Shown here: piece after piece, positions 21,274 to 32,000 of the stretch | Position numbering within the stretch: position 1 is the stretch's first letter | Layout: the number at the start of each line of letters is the position of its first letter | NCBI RefSeq assembly: GCF_005696695.1 | Contig: NZ_CP040006.1 | Location: forward strand, 450,001 to 482,000 | Direction of reading: 5' to 3' | From: Schaalia odontolytica | GTDB lineage: Bacteria > Actinomycetota > Actinomycetes > Actinomycetales > Actinomycetaceae | Length of the DNA stretch: 32,000 bases | Notes under the pieces: generated by a model | What the model was told of the DNA's origin: nothing | What the model saw: the letters and a program-made list of their open reading frames with translations, nothing else | Database searches by the model: none | Program-made: the position numbers and the translations under genes

Positions 21274-23831
21274 GCGACGCACCCAACATGATCGACGTCA
21301 CCATCGACGACGTTCAGGTTTCTGTCCCCCAGGGCACGCTCGTGATCCGCGCGGCCGAGCAGGCCGGCATCCGGATCCCGCGTTTCTGTGACCACCCGCT
21401 GCTGGCCCCGGTGGCCGCATGCCGCCAGTGCCTCGTGGAGGTCGGCATGCCCGACCGCAACACGGGCGAGCTGCGCTTCATGCCCAAGCCCCAGCCCTCG
21501 TGTGCGCAGACCGTCACCCCGGGTATGGTCGTCAAGACCCAGCACACCTCCGAGGTTGTCGACCGCGCCCAGCGCGGCGTCATGGAGTTCCTGCTCATCA
21601 ACCACCCGCTGGACTGCCCGGTCTGCGACAAGGGTGGCGAGTGCCCCCTGCAGAACCAGGCACTGACGGAGGGCCGCGGCAAGTCCCGCTTCACCGACGC
21701 CAAGCGCACGTTCAAGAAGCCGCTGCGCCTGACCTCCCAGATCCTGCTGGATCGCGAGCGCTGCATCCTGTGCCAGCGCTGCGTGCGCTTCGGCAAGGAG
21801 ATCTCGGGCGACGTGTTCATGGACCTGCAGGGTCGTGGTGGTGGCACCGCCCCCACGGAGCACCACTACTTCATGGGCGAGCAGGTCGGCGGCTTCGACT
21901 CGACCACGCTCGACTTCTTCGACCCGAAGGCCAAGGAGGCCTCGACCTCGTCCCTGTCGTCCCCGTACGGCACGGACGCGATCGTCGGTTCCATCAACGA
22001 GGGTGAGCTTTCCGTCGCCGAGCGCGACGTGTCGGGCCGAGCCTTCGCGTCCTACTTCTCGGGCAACATCATCCAGATCTGCCCGGTCGGCGCCCTGACC
22101 GCCGCGTCCTACCGCTTCCGCGCGCGTCCCTTCGACCTCGTGTCGACGGCGTCCGTGACCGAGCACGACGCGTCGGGCTCCGCGATCCGCCAGGACGTGC
22201 GCCGCGGCGAGGTCGTGCGTCGCATGAGCGGCAACGACCCCGAGGTCAACGAAGAGTGGATCACCGACAAGGACCGCTTCGCCTTCGAATGGGACAAGGT
22301 CGATCGCCTGACCACCCCGCTCGTGCGCGAGGACGGCAAGCTGGTTCCCACCTCCTGGTCCGATGCGCTCGACCGCGTCCGCGAGGGCCTCGAGCAGGCG
22401 GGTTCGTCCGTGGGCTTCCTGCCCGGCGGCCACCTGACCTTCGAGGATGCCTGGGCATGGTCGAAGTTCGCGCGCACCGTCGTCGGCTCCGACTCGATCG
22501 ACTTCCGTTCGCGTCGCTCCAGCGAAGAAGAGCGTTCCTTCCTGGCCTCCTACGTGGCGGGCTCCGGCCTCGAGACCACGTACGCGGACCTGGAGAGCGC
22601 CGGCCAGGTGCTGCTGGTCGCCCTCGAGCCCGAGGACGAGTGTGGCGCCATGTTCCTGCGCCTGCGTAAGGCCACGCGTAAGTCGGGCCTGAAGGTCGCG
22701 ACCGTCGCGCCCTTCACCTCCGCAGGTTCGCGCAAGATGAAGGCTCGCCTCCTGCACGCCGCCCCCGGCTCCGAGCCGGGCGTCGTGGACGCGATCGCAG
22801 CAGACGGCGCCTACGCCGACGTGGCCGAGGCGCTGTCCGGCGGCATCATTCTCGTGGGCGAGCGCGCCGCGCAGACCCCCGGCCTGCTCTCCGCCGTCGT
22901 CGCTCTGGCTGAACGCACGGGCGCCCGCCTCGCGTGGGTCCCGCGCCGCGCCGGTGACCGCGCTGCCATCGAGGCCGGCCTCCTCCCGGGTCTGCTTCCC
23001 TTCGGCCGTGGCCTTGACGAGGCCGGCGCGCAGTCCCTCGGTTGGGGCGAGCTGCCCGCCCGTGGCCTCGACGCCGAGCAGATGATCGAGGCCGCTGCCT
23101 CCGGTGAGCTCCAGGCTCTGGTCGTCGGCGGTGTTGACGTCCGCGACTTCGACGAGCCCGCCGCCGTGCGCGAAGCCCTCGAAGAGGTTCCCTTCCTCGT
23201 GTCCCTCGAGGTTCGCGCCTCGGAGATCACCGATCGTGCGGACGTCGTCCTGCCGGTCGCTCCCGCGGTCGAGAAGAACGGCACCTACATCAACTGGGAA
23301 GGCCGCCTGCGCCCCTTCGGCCAGGCCCGCTCGGCGACGTCCCTCACGGACCGCGACGTGCTCGTGCGCCTCACCGAGGAGTTCGACCTCGACCTGGGCA
23401 TCACCGCCCTGGCCGACCTCTACGAGGAAGTCAACCCCCTCATGGAGTGGGACAGCGCCCCGCAGGAGTTCACGCCGGTGTCGGCGCAGGCTCCCGCTGC
23501 TGCCGGTAAGGGTCAGGTCGTTCTGGCCTCCCACAAGCCCATGATCGACGCCGGTCGTCTCCAGGATGGCGCCCCGTGGCTGGCCGGTTCGGCCCGCCGC
23601 CCGGTCCTTTTGGCCTCGGCCGCGACGCTGGCCGCCGCGGGCATCGCCCCCGGCGCCGACGCGACGCTCGAAACCGAGCGTGGCACGATCACCCTCCCGG
23701 CCGCCATCGCGGACCTGCCTGACTCCGTCGCGTGGGTGCCCGAGTGCTCGACCGGCTCCGTTATTCACGAAAACCTCGGCGGTGCCGGCACCGTCGCGAC
23801 CCTGCGCGCCACGCAGGAGGTGGCACGATGA
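21270..23831 (+). CDS. nuoG: NADH-quinone oxidoreductase subunit G
   Basis: ATGA overlap. Cluster motifs CRQCLVEV, HPLDCPVCDKGGECPLQ, CILCQRCVRF ... ICPVGALT, then a molybdopterin-oxidoreductase-like domain. 853 aa. Confidence 0.97.
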   Translation: MSDAPNMIDVTIDDVQVSVPQGTLVIRAAEQAGIRIPRFCDHPLLAPVAACRQCLVEVGMPDRNTGELRFMPKPQPSCAQTVTPGMVVKTQHTSEVVDRAQRGVMEFLLINHPLDCPVCDKGGECPLQNQALTEGRGKSRFTDAKRTFKKPLRLTSQILLDRERCILCQRCVRFGKEISGDVFMDLQGRGGGTAPTEHHYFMGEQVGGFDSTTLDFFDPKAKEASTSSLSSPYGTDAIVGSINEGELSVAERDVSGRAFASYFSGNIIQICPVGALTAASYRFRARPFDLVSTASVTEHDASGSAIRQDVRRGEVVRRMSGNDPEVNEEWITDKDRFAFEWDKVDRLTTPLVREDGKLVPTSWSDALDRVREGLEQAGSSVGFLPGGHLTFEDAWAWSKFARTVVGSDSIDFRSRRSSEEERSFLASYVAGSGLETTYADLESAGQVLLVALEPEDECGAMFLRLRKATRKSGLKVATVAPFTSAGSRKMKARLLHAAPGSEPGVVDAIAADGAYADVAEALSGGIILVGERAAQTPGLLSAVVALAERTGARLAWVPRRAGDRAAIEAGLLPGLLPFGRGLDEAGAQSLGWGELPARGLDAEQMIEAAASGELQALVVGGVDVRDFDEPAAVREALEEVPFLVSLEVRASEITDRADVVLPVAPAVEKNGTYINWEGRLRPFGQARSATSLTDRDVLVRLTEEFDLDLGITALADLYEEVNPLMEWDSAPQEFTPVSAQAPAAAGKGQVVLASHKPMIDAGRLQDGAPWLAGSARRPVLLASAATLAAAGIAPGADATLETERGTITLPAAIADLPDSVAWVPECSTGSVIHENLGGAGTVATLRATQEVAR

Positions 23832-25156
23832 CACTCGCACCCTTCGCAGTCCCGGAGTACACCGCCGCGGACTTCAGCCAGGAAACATGGTGGCTCAGCC
23901 TCATCAAGGCCGTGTTCATCATCGTCTTCCTGATCGCCAACGTGCTCCTCGCCCTGTGGGTCGAGCGCCGAGGCCTGGGCCGCATGCAGACGCGTCCCGG
24001 CCCGAACGTCGCTGGCCCCCTCGGCCTGTTCCAGGCGTTCGCGGACGCCGGCAAGCTCCTCTTCAAGGAGGACATGTGGACCCGCCGGGCCGAGAGGTTC
24101 CTGTACTTCCTGGCCCCCGCGATCGCCGCGTTCGCAGCGTTCAGCGTCTACGCGGTCATCCCCATGGGCCCGAACGTGATGATTGGTGAGATCTCGACGC
24201 CGCTGCAGCTGGCCGACATGCCCGTCGCCTCCCTGTACATCCTCGCGATCGCGTCGCTGGGCCTGTACGGCATCGTCCTGGGTGGTTGGTCGACCCGCTC
24301 GACCCTGCCGCTGTACGGCGCCGTGCGTTCCTCCGCGCAGGTCATCTCCTACGAACTGGCCATGGGCCTGTCCCTCGTGAGCGTGTTCCTCATGTCGGGC
24401 TCCATGTCCACCTCGCAGATCGTCGCAGCCCAGGGACAGTTCTGGTGGGCATTCACCCTGTTCCCGGCATTCGTCATCTACTGCATCAGCGCCGTCGGTG
24501 AAGTCAACCGTCTTCCCTTCGACCTTCCCGAGGCCGAAGGCGAGATCGTCGCCGGTCACATGACCGAGTACTCGTCGATGAAGTTCGGCTGGTACTACCT
24601 GTCCGAGTACGTCAACATGCTCAACGTCTCGGCCGTGGCCACCACGATGTTCGCCGGTGGATGGCACGCCCCGTGGCCGCTGTCCCACATCGAGTTCCTC
24701 AACTCCGGCTGGTGGGGCCTGCTGTGGTTCTTCCTGAAGATCTGGTTCTTCATGTTCCTGATGATCTGGACGCGCGCCACGCTGCTGCGCTTCCGCTACG
24801 ACCAGTTCATGAACCTCGGCTGGAAGCGCCTCATGCCCATCGCCCTGGGCTGGCTCGTGCTCGTCGCCCTGGTGCGCGGCATCACCCAGTTCGTGCAGCT
24901 GCCCAACCACGTCCTCTTCGGAGGCGTCGGCGTCCTCTTCCTGATCGCCCTCGCGATCATCTGGCTCACCGACAAGCCCGAGCCCGAGGAGATCCCCGCC
25001 TCCGAGCGCGAATACACCGGCTTCGAGGACGGCTTCCCCGTCCCGCCGCTGCCCGGACAGACCCCCGTTGCCTCGCCGCGAGGCCTCGCCACCATTGAGG
25101 GCGAGCTGGCCCCGGCCGCGGCAATCGACAGCCCGAAGGAGTCCACCGATGAGTGA
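23828..25156 (+). CDS. nuoH: NADH-quinone oxidoreductase subunit H
   Basis: The track ORF starts at 23732. I prefer the ATG at 23828 (ATGA overlap with the nuoG stop). The first TM segment begins [15 protein letters not shown]. It contains [22 protein letters not shown], typical of NuoH/ND1. Confidence 0.95.
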   Translation: MTLAPFAVPEYTAADFSQETWWLSLIKAVFIIVFLIANVLLALWVERRGLGRMQTRPGPNVAGPLGLFQAFADAGKLLFKEDMWTRRAERFLYFLAPAIAAFAAFSVYAVIPMGPNVMIGEISTPLQLADMPVASLYILAIASLGLYGIVLGGWSTRSTLPLYGAVRSSAQVISYELAMGLSLVSVFLMSGSMSTSQIVAAQGQFWWAFTLFPAFVIYCISAVGEVNRLPFDLPEAEGEIVAGHMTEYSSMKFGWYYLSEYVNMLNVSAVATTMFAGGWHAPWPLSHIEFLNSGWWGLLWFFLKIWFFMFLMIWTRATLLRFRYDQFMNLGWKRLMPIALGWLVLVALVRGITQFVQLPNHVLFGGVGVLFLIALAIIWLTDKPEPEEIPASEREYTGFEDGFPVPPLPGQTPVASPRGLATIEGELAPAAAIDSPKESTDE

Positions 25157-25799
25157 GAAGACCACCGACGAGGAAATGCTCTTCGAGCATGACCCCAAGG
25201 GTGCGTTCGCCCAGTTCGTCGCGCCCATGGCCGGCTACGGAGTCACCATGGCTTCCTTCTTCCGGCCCACCGTCACCGAGCAGTACCCGCGCGAACCTGC
25301 GCGCGTCATGCCCCGCTTCCACGGTCGTCACCAGCTCAACCGCTACGACGACGGCCTGGAAAAGTGCGTCGGCTGCGAGCTGTGCGCCTGGGCGTGCCCC
25401 GCTGACGCGATCTTCGTCGAGGCCGCCTCGAACACGCCCGAGGAGCAGTATTCTGCGGGTGAGCGTTACGGCCGCGTCTACCAGATCAACTACCTGCGCT
25501 GCATCTTCTGCGGTATGTGCATCGAGGCGTGCCCCACGCGCGCCCTGACGATGACGAACGACTTCGAAATCGCCAAGTACACCCGCGAGGACGACATCTA
25601 CGAGAAGGAAGACCTCCTGGTCCCGCTCTCCGATGGCATGCTCGCAGCGCCCCACCCCATGGTCGAGGGTAAGAACGACATCGACTACTACCGCGGGGAA
25701 GTCACCGGCCCCACCGCCGCCCAGGTTGACTGGGTGGCCGCCCGCCGCCCCGACGACCCCTCCCTCAAGACGGTACGAGTCGCCGAGGAGGCACACTGA
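25149..25799 (+). CDS. nuoI: NADH-quinone oxidoreductase subunit I
   Basis: The track ORF starts at 25068. I prefer the ATG at 25149 (8-nt overlap with nuoH). Two ferredoxin motifs: [12 protein letters not shown] and [12 protein letters not shown]. Confidence 0.95.
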   Translation: MSEKTTDEEMLFEHDPKGAFAQFVAPMAGYGVTMASFFRPTVTEQYPREPARVMPRFHGRHQLNRYDDGLEKCVGCELCAWACPADAIFVEAASNTPEEQYSAGERYGRVYQINYLRCIFCGMCIEACPTRALTMTNDFEIAKYTREDDIYEKEDLLVPLSDGMLAAPHPMVEGKNDIDYYRGEVTGPTAAQVDWVAARRPDDPSLKTVRVAEEAH

Positions 25800-26776
25800 T
25801 GAACCTGTCCAACGGTTGGCCCATGATGGGGTCAACGGGGGAGATCATCCTCTTCGCATGCACGGCCATCGTGATGGTCGCCTGCGCTCTGGGTGTCCTC
25901 TTCTTCAAGAAGGCCGCGCACTCGGTCATCTGCATGGTCGGCGTCATGCTCGGCCTGGCAGTCCTGTACATCGCGAACAGCGCCCCCTTCCTGGGCGTCG
26001 CGCAGATCGTCGTGTACACCGGCGCGATCATGATGCTGTTCCTCTTCGTCATCATGCTGATCGGCATCGGCACCTCCGACGACTACGCCCGCCAGAGCCG
26101 CGGCGCGATCGTGGCGGCGGTGCTCGGTGGCCTCGGCCTGATCGTCATCGTCACGACGGCGATCCTCAAGGCCGTGCCCGCTCCGCACAAGCCCGTTGAG
26201 GTTGACCCCTACTCCAACCAGCCGATCACCGACCTGGCGATCACGCTGTTCCAGGAGCACTGGCTGAGCATGGAGCTCGCCGGCGGCCTGCTGATCACGG
26301 CCGCTGTCGGCGCGATGCTGCTGACCCACTCTGATCGCCTCACCCCGAAGGCCGACCAGTTCGAGACGGCCCGCAACAAGATGCGCGCGTTCGCCGAGAA
26401 GGGCGCTCGCATCGGCCAGCTGCCCGCCCCCGGTGTCTACGCCCAGTCGAACGCGGCCGACGTGCCCGCCGTCTCCGGCGAGACCCTCGGCCCGGTCGAG
26501 GAGTCGGTGCCTCGAGTCCTGCGCGTGCGCGGCCTCGCCCGCACGATCGGCGAGGTCACCCCGGAGGTCTCCGAGCAGCTCGCCCTCGCGCGCACCACGG
26601 CGGCCGACGCCTCCGAGGTCGACGAGTCGCCCTACACCATCGGGCGCACGCCCGACGTCCCCCGCTCCGGTGCCTTCGGCATGCCCGGCGCGGACGCGCC
26701 CACCGGTCTGGCCCAGCCCCGGGCCCGCAAGGCGCGCACCACCACCCCCATTGAGAAGAAGGAGGAGAGCAAGTGA
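25799..26776 (+). CDS. nuoJ: NADH-quinone oxidoreductase subunit J (with long low-complexity C-terminal tail)
   Basis: 1-nt overlap with the nuoI stop. The NuoJ/ND6-like hydrophobic core includes [23 protein letters not shown]. Residues from about 178 to 325 are hydrophilic. Confidence 0.93.
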   Translation: MNLSNGWPMMGSTGEIILFACTAIVMVACALGVLFFKKAAHSVICMVGVMLGLAVLYIANSAPFLGVAQIVVYTGAIMMLFLFVIMLIGIGTSDDYARQSRGAIVAAVLGGLGLIVIVTTAILKAVPAPHKPVEVDPYSNQPITDLAITLFQEHWLSMELAGGLLITAAVGAMLLTHSDRLTPKADQFETARNKMRAFAEKGARIGQLPAPGVYAQSNAADVPAVSGETLGPVEESVPRVLRVRGLARTIGEVTPEVSEQLALARTTAADASEVDESPYTIGRTPDVPRSGAFGMPGADAPTGLAQPRARKARTTTPIEKKEESK

Positions 26777-27072
26777 GCCTCGCCTGGTACCTCATCCTTG
26801 CGGGTGTGCTGTTCGCCATCGGTGCGACCACGGTCCTCGTGCGCCGCAGTGCGGTCATCGCGCTCATGGGCGTCGAAATGATGCTCAACGCCGCGAACCT
26901 CGTCCTCGTGACGTTCTCGCGCATTAACTCCAACGTTGACGGCGAGATCATGGCGTTCTTCGTCATGGTCGTCGCGGCCGCCGAAGTTGTCGTCGGCCTG
27001 TCGATCATCGTGTCCATCTATCGTTCGCGCTCGACCACGAGCATGGACGATCTGAACCTGCTGAAGAACTGA
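26773..27072 (+). CDS. nuoK: NADH-quinone oxidoreductase subunit K
   Basis: GTGA overlap. 99 aa with three TM segments. [11 protein letters not shown] is typical of NuoK/ND4L. Confidence 0.95.
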   Translation: MSLAWYLILAGVLFAIGATTVLVRRSAVIALMGVEMMLNAANLVLVTFSRINSNVDGEIMAFFVMVVAAAEVVVGLSIIVSIYRSRSTTSMDDLNLLKN

Positions 27073-27087
27073 GGGAGGACGTAACTC

Positions 27088-29064
<1,977 letters not shown>

Positions 29065-29077
29065 GGGGTACACGACA

Positions 29078-30637
29078 ATGGAAAGTGCAATGATTGCTGC
29101 TAACTTCCCGTGGCTGTCCGTCCTCGTGGCCATTCCGGCTGCGGGCGCGGCCCTCCTCGGCTTCGTCCCGCCCCTGAGGCGCGCCGCAGGGCGCGTCGTC
29201 GCCCTGGTGGTCTCCCTCGTCGAGCTCGCGCTCGGCGTGTACGTGGCCGCCTCCGTGTTCGACTGGTCCGCCCCGGCCTCGTACCAGGTGTACGAGTCCC
29301 ACCTGTGGATCCCCCAGATTGGCATCACCTGGTCCCTCGGCGTCACGTCCCTGGGCCTGGTCATGATCCTCCTGGCGATTGGCCTCGTGCCGCTCGTGCT
29401 GATTGCGGGTTGGGACGAGGACGATGCCGCGGACCGCGGCGCCTACCCGGCGCTGGTCCTGGCACTCCAGGCTTTCATGGTCGTTATTTTCGCGGCCTAC
29501 GATCTGACGGTCTTCTACTTCGCCTTCGAGGCGATGCTCGTGCCGCTGTACCTCATGATCGGACGCTACGGCGTCGGTGACGAGGCCGCGCGTCACAAGG
29601 CCGCCATGAAGTTCCTGCTGTACTCGCTGTTCGGTGGACTGGTGATGCTCGGTGGCATCCTCTACGTGTGGGCCATCGCCTACCAGGCGAACCCCGATGC
29701 CTCGACCTTCTTCCGCATGGACATGCTCGCCCAGCTCCTGCCGACCGCCCCGGACACGGTTCAGATGGTCGTCTTCGTGACCTTCATGGTTGCCTTCGCG
29801 ATCAAGGCCCCCATGGTCCCGGTGCACACCTGGCTGCCCGACACGGCCGCCGTCGCACGCCCCGGTACCTCGGTGCTGCTGGTCGGCGTCCTGGACAAGA
29901 TCGGCACCTTCGGCATGATCGCCCTGTGCCTGCAGCTCACCCCCGGCGCGGCCGCGTCCGCGAAGTGGGTCATGTGCGTGCTCGCCGTCATCTCCATCCT
30001 GTGGGGCGGCCTGTCGGCCAACGGCCAGAACGACATCATGCGTCTGGTGTCCTACACCTCGGTGTCGCACTTTGGCTTCATGGTCCTGGGCATCTTCATC
30101 GGCTCGCAGATCGCTCTCGTCGGCGCCATGTTCTACATGGTCGCCCACGGCGTCTCGATCGCCGCGATGTTCCTGCTCTCCGGCTGGCTCTCGCGCCGCG
30201 GTGGCACGCAGGACATGCGCGAGTACGTCGGCATGCAGCGCGTGACCCCGGTCCTCGCTGGCCTGTGGCTCGTGTCCGGCCTCGCGTCCATCGCGCTGCC
30301 CGGCCTGTCCGGCTTCGTCCCCGAGTACCTCGTGCTCATGGGCACCTGGTCGGTCAGCGGTCCGCTGGCGCTATTCGCGGTCCTGGGCGTCGTCATCGCC
30401 GCCCTCTACGTGCTCATGCCCTACCAGCGCGTCTTCACCGGTGCGCCCGGCAAGGGTAAGGAAGAGCTGACGGACCTGAACAGCCGTGAGCGCGGCGTCA
30501 TGGTGCCGCTCGTGGCCGCGATGCTCATCCTTGGTATCTGGTCGGCGCCTCTCGTGAGCGCCCTGACCCCGGTTGCTTCAGACCTCGGCCTGCCCACCAC
30601 GCAGGTCGGCGCCACCGCTGAAGGGAGCGCACAGTGA
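29078..30637 (+). CDS. nuoM: NADH-quinone oxidoreductase subunit M
   Basis: The track ORF starts at 28937, inside nuoL. I prefer the ATG at 29078 (AAGGGG 9 nt upstream), with an alternative ATG at 29090. Antiporter-like motifs: FEAMLVPLYLMIG; KAPMVPVHTWLPD. Confidence 0.93.
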   Translation: MESAMIAANFPWLSVLVAIPAAGAALLGFVPPLRRAAGRVVALVVSLVELALGVYVAASVFDWSAPASYQVYESHLWIPQIGITWSLGVTSLGLVMILLAIGLVPLVLIAGWDEDDAADRGAYPALVLALQAFMVVIFAAYDLTVFYFAFEAMLVPLYLMIGRYGVGDEAARHKAAMKFLLYSLFGGLVMLGGILYVWAIAYQANPDASTFFRMDMLAQLLPTAPDTVQMVVFVTFMVAFAIKAPMVPVHTWLPDTAAVARPGTSVLLVGVLDKIGTFGMIALCLQLTPGAAASAKWVMCVLAVISILWGGLSANGQNDIMRLVSYTSVSHFGFMVLGIFIGSQIALVGAMFYMVAHGVSIAAMFLLSGWLSRRGGTQDMREYVGMQRVTPVLAGLWLVSGLASIALPGLSGFVPEYLVLMGTWSVSGPLALFAVLGVVIAALYVLMPYQRVFTGAPGKGKEELTDLNSRERGVMVPLVAAMLILGIWSAPLVSALTPVASDLGLPTTQVGATAEGSAQ

Positions 30638-32000
30638 ACGTTCTACCCATGGATAACTTCCAGGCCCCCGAGGTTCACTGGGTGAGCCTCGCGCCTATCC
30701 TCATCGTGCTGGGCGGAGCGGTCCTCGGCGTCCTCGTCGAGGCCTTCGCCCCCGCGAAGGCTCGTCGCCCCCTCGTGATCGGCCTGTCGATCCTGGCGAC
30801 CGCAGGTGCGTGCGTCATGCTCGCCCTGCGCTGGGTCCCCGTCCTGGAGACTCCGGTGACGCTGGGGGAGTACATGGAGGATCCGCTGACGGTCGCCGCT
30901 CAGTCGGCCCTCGTCATTATCGGCTTCTTCGCCGTCCTCGTGATGGCCGACCGCACCTCCGTCGGTGACGGCGCGTTTGCCGGCCAGCCGTCGGATCGTC
31001 CGGACTCTGCCGCCGAGGAGCTGTCGGAGCGCAAGGGCTACCAGCGTTCCGAGATCTTCCCGCTGACCCTGTTCTCCCTGGGCGGCATGATGATCTTCCC
31101 CGCGGCGGACAACTTCGTGACCCTGTTCGTGGCCCTTGAGGTCATGTCGCTGCCCCTGTACATCATGGCTGCCACGGCCCGCCGTCGTCGCCAGCTGTCC
31201 TACGAGTCGGCCCTCAAGTACTTCGTGCTCGGCGCCTTCTCCTCGGGCTTCCTGCTCATGGGCTCCGCATTCCTCTTCGGCTTCTCCAACTCGCTGCGTA
31301 TCTCTGCGCTGGCCGAGGCCATCTCCACCCACACGAACATGGAGTGGATGGTCCTCGTGGGCGTCTTCTGCGTGATGGTCGGCCTGCTGTTCAAGGTGGG
31401 CGCAGCCCCCTTCCACGCGTGGACCCCCGACGTCTACACGGGCGCCCCGACCCCGGTGACGGGCTTCATGGCTGCCGCCGTGAAGATCGCGGCCTTCGCA
31501 GCGATGATCCGCTTCTACACGGTCGCAGCCGCCTACCTGCAGTGGGACTTCCTGTACATCTTCGCGGCCGTGGCGGTCCTGACGATCCTCGTCGGTACCT
31601 TCGCTGGCCTCGTGCAGGATGACGTCAAGCGCATGCTGGCCTACTCCTCGATCGCCCACGCGGGCTTCATCCTGATGGGGATCCTCGCGATGGAAAAGGG
31701 CGGTACGGGCCATGTGTTGTTCTACACGCTCGGTTACGGTCTGGCGACGGTCGGTGCCTTCGGCGTGGTCACGCTGGTGCGCGGCCGCGACGCGGACGGC
31801 AACGTCCTGGGTGAGGCGACGAGCCTGCGTAAGTGGGCGGGTATCGGCCGCACCAACCCGTGGCTCGCGGGCGCGATGCTGATCTTCCTGCTGTCGTTCG
31901 CGGGCATCCCGCTGACGGGCGGTTTCATTGGTAAGTTCGTGATTTTCTCCGACGCGATCAAGGGCGGCATCGGCTGGCTCGCGATCGTCGGCCTCGTGGC
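30634..32000 (+). CDS. nuoN: NADH-quinone oxidoreductase subunit N (3-prime end beyond window)
   Basis: Not in the ORF track because it is open at the right edge. GTG 30634 overlaps the nuoM stop (GTGA), with GAAGGGAG 6 nt upstream; there is an in-frame ATG at 30649. My translation gives VNVLPMDNFQAPEVHWVSLAPILIVLGGAVLG ... LFVALEVMSLPLYIMAA ... GFIGKFVIFSDAIKGG, typical of NuoN/ND2. Confidence 0.93.
   Translation, partial: MNVLPMDNFQAPEVHWVSLAPILIVLGGAVLGVLVEAFAPAKARRPLVIGLSILATAGACVMLALRWVPVLETPVTLGEYMEDPLTVAAQSALVIIGFFAVLVMADRTSVGDGAFAGQPSDRPDSAAEELSERKGYQRSEIFPLTLFSLGGMMIFPAADNFVTLFVALEVMSLPLYIMAATARRRRQLSYESALKYFVLGAFSSGFLLMGSAFLFGFSNSLRISALAEAISTHTNMEWMVLVGVFCVMVGLLFKVGAAPFHAWTPDVYTGAPTPVTGFMAAAVKIAAFAAMIRFYTVAAAYLQWDFLYIFAAVAVLTILVGTFAGLVQDDVKRMLAYSSIAHAGFILMGILAMEKGGTGHVLFYTLGYGLATVGAFGVVTLVRGRDADGNVLGEATSLRKWAGIGRTNPWLAGAMLIFLLSFAGIPLTGGFIGKFVIFSDAIKGGIGWLAIVGLV

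Noticed and set aside
21249-23840. 863-aa minus-strand ORF opposite nuoG; similar long antisense ORFs at 17841..19289, 14733..16181, 11631..12917, 9787..10818, 23765..25228, 29054..30148 and 30643..31713
   Set aside because: Each mirrors a confidently identified sense gene, lacks recognisable motifs or an RBS, and has the Arg/Gly/Ala/Val-rich composition expected from reading GC-rich codons backwards.

Overview
High-GC, actinobacterial-type chromosomal window with two halves. Left half (1-14.6 kb) is a carbohydrate-utilisation neighbourhood. It holds two paralogous secreted glycosidase-like genes, one truncated by the window edge and one with an LAxTG sortase signal. It also holds an orphan lipoprotein and a five-gene catabolic operon: Gfo/Idh/MocA oxidoreductase, SIS isomerase/deaminase-like, ROK kinase, PfkB kinase, class II tagatose/fructose-bisphosphate aldolase. 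The remaining genes are a ROK-family regulator and a CUT1-type ABC importer operon (two permeases, lipoprotein binding protein, no ATPase) ending in a short GH36 alpha-galactosidase-like gene. Right half (14.9-32 kb) is a geranylgeranyl-reductase-family flavoprotein followed by a tightly coupled nuoA-nuoN operon, with nuoN running off the right edge. I found no tRNA/rRNA, CRISPR array, transposase/integrase, toxin-antitoxin or recognisable defence module. The many long ORFs antisense to real genes are typical high-GC artefacts. The most unusual content is the glycan locus. Its lower pathway is PTS-independent and Aga/tagatose-like, with no deacetylase and an extra oxidoreductase. Both ROK proteins lack the canonical Zn-binding His/Cys signature. 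A perfect 11-5-11 palindrome overlaps a near-consensus promoter. The locus is bracketed by surface glycosidase-like paralogs of a family I cannot tie to a characterised enzyme. All functional calls come from reading motifs by eye, and no database search was possible.
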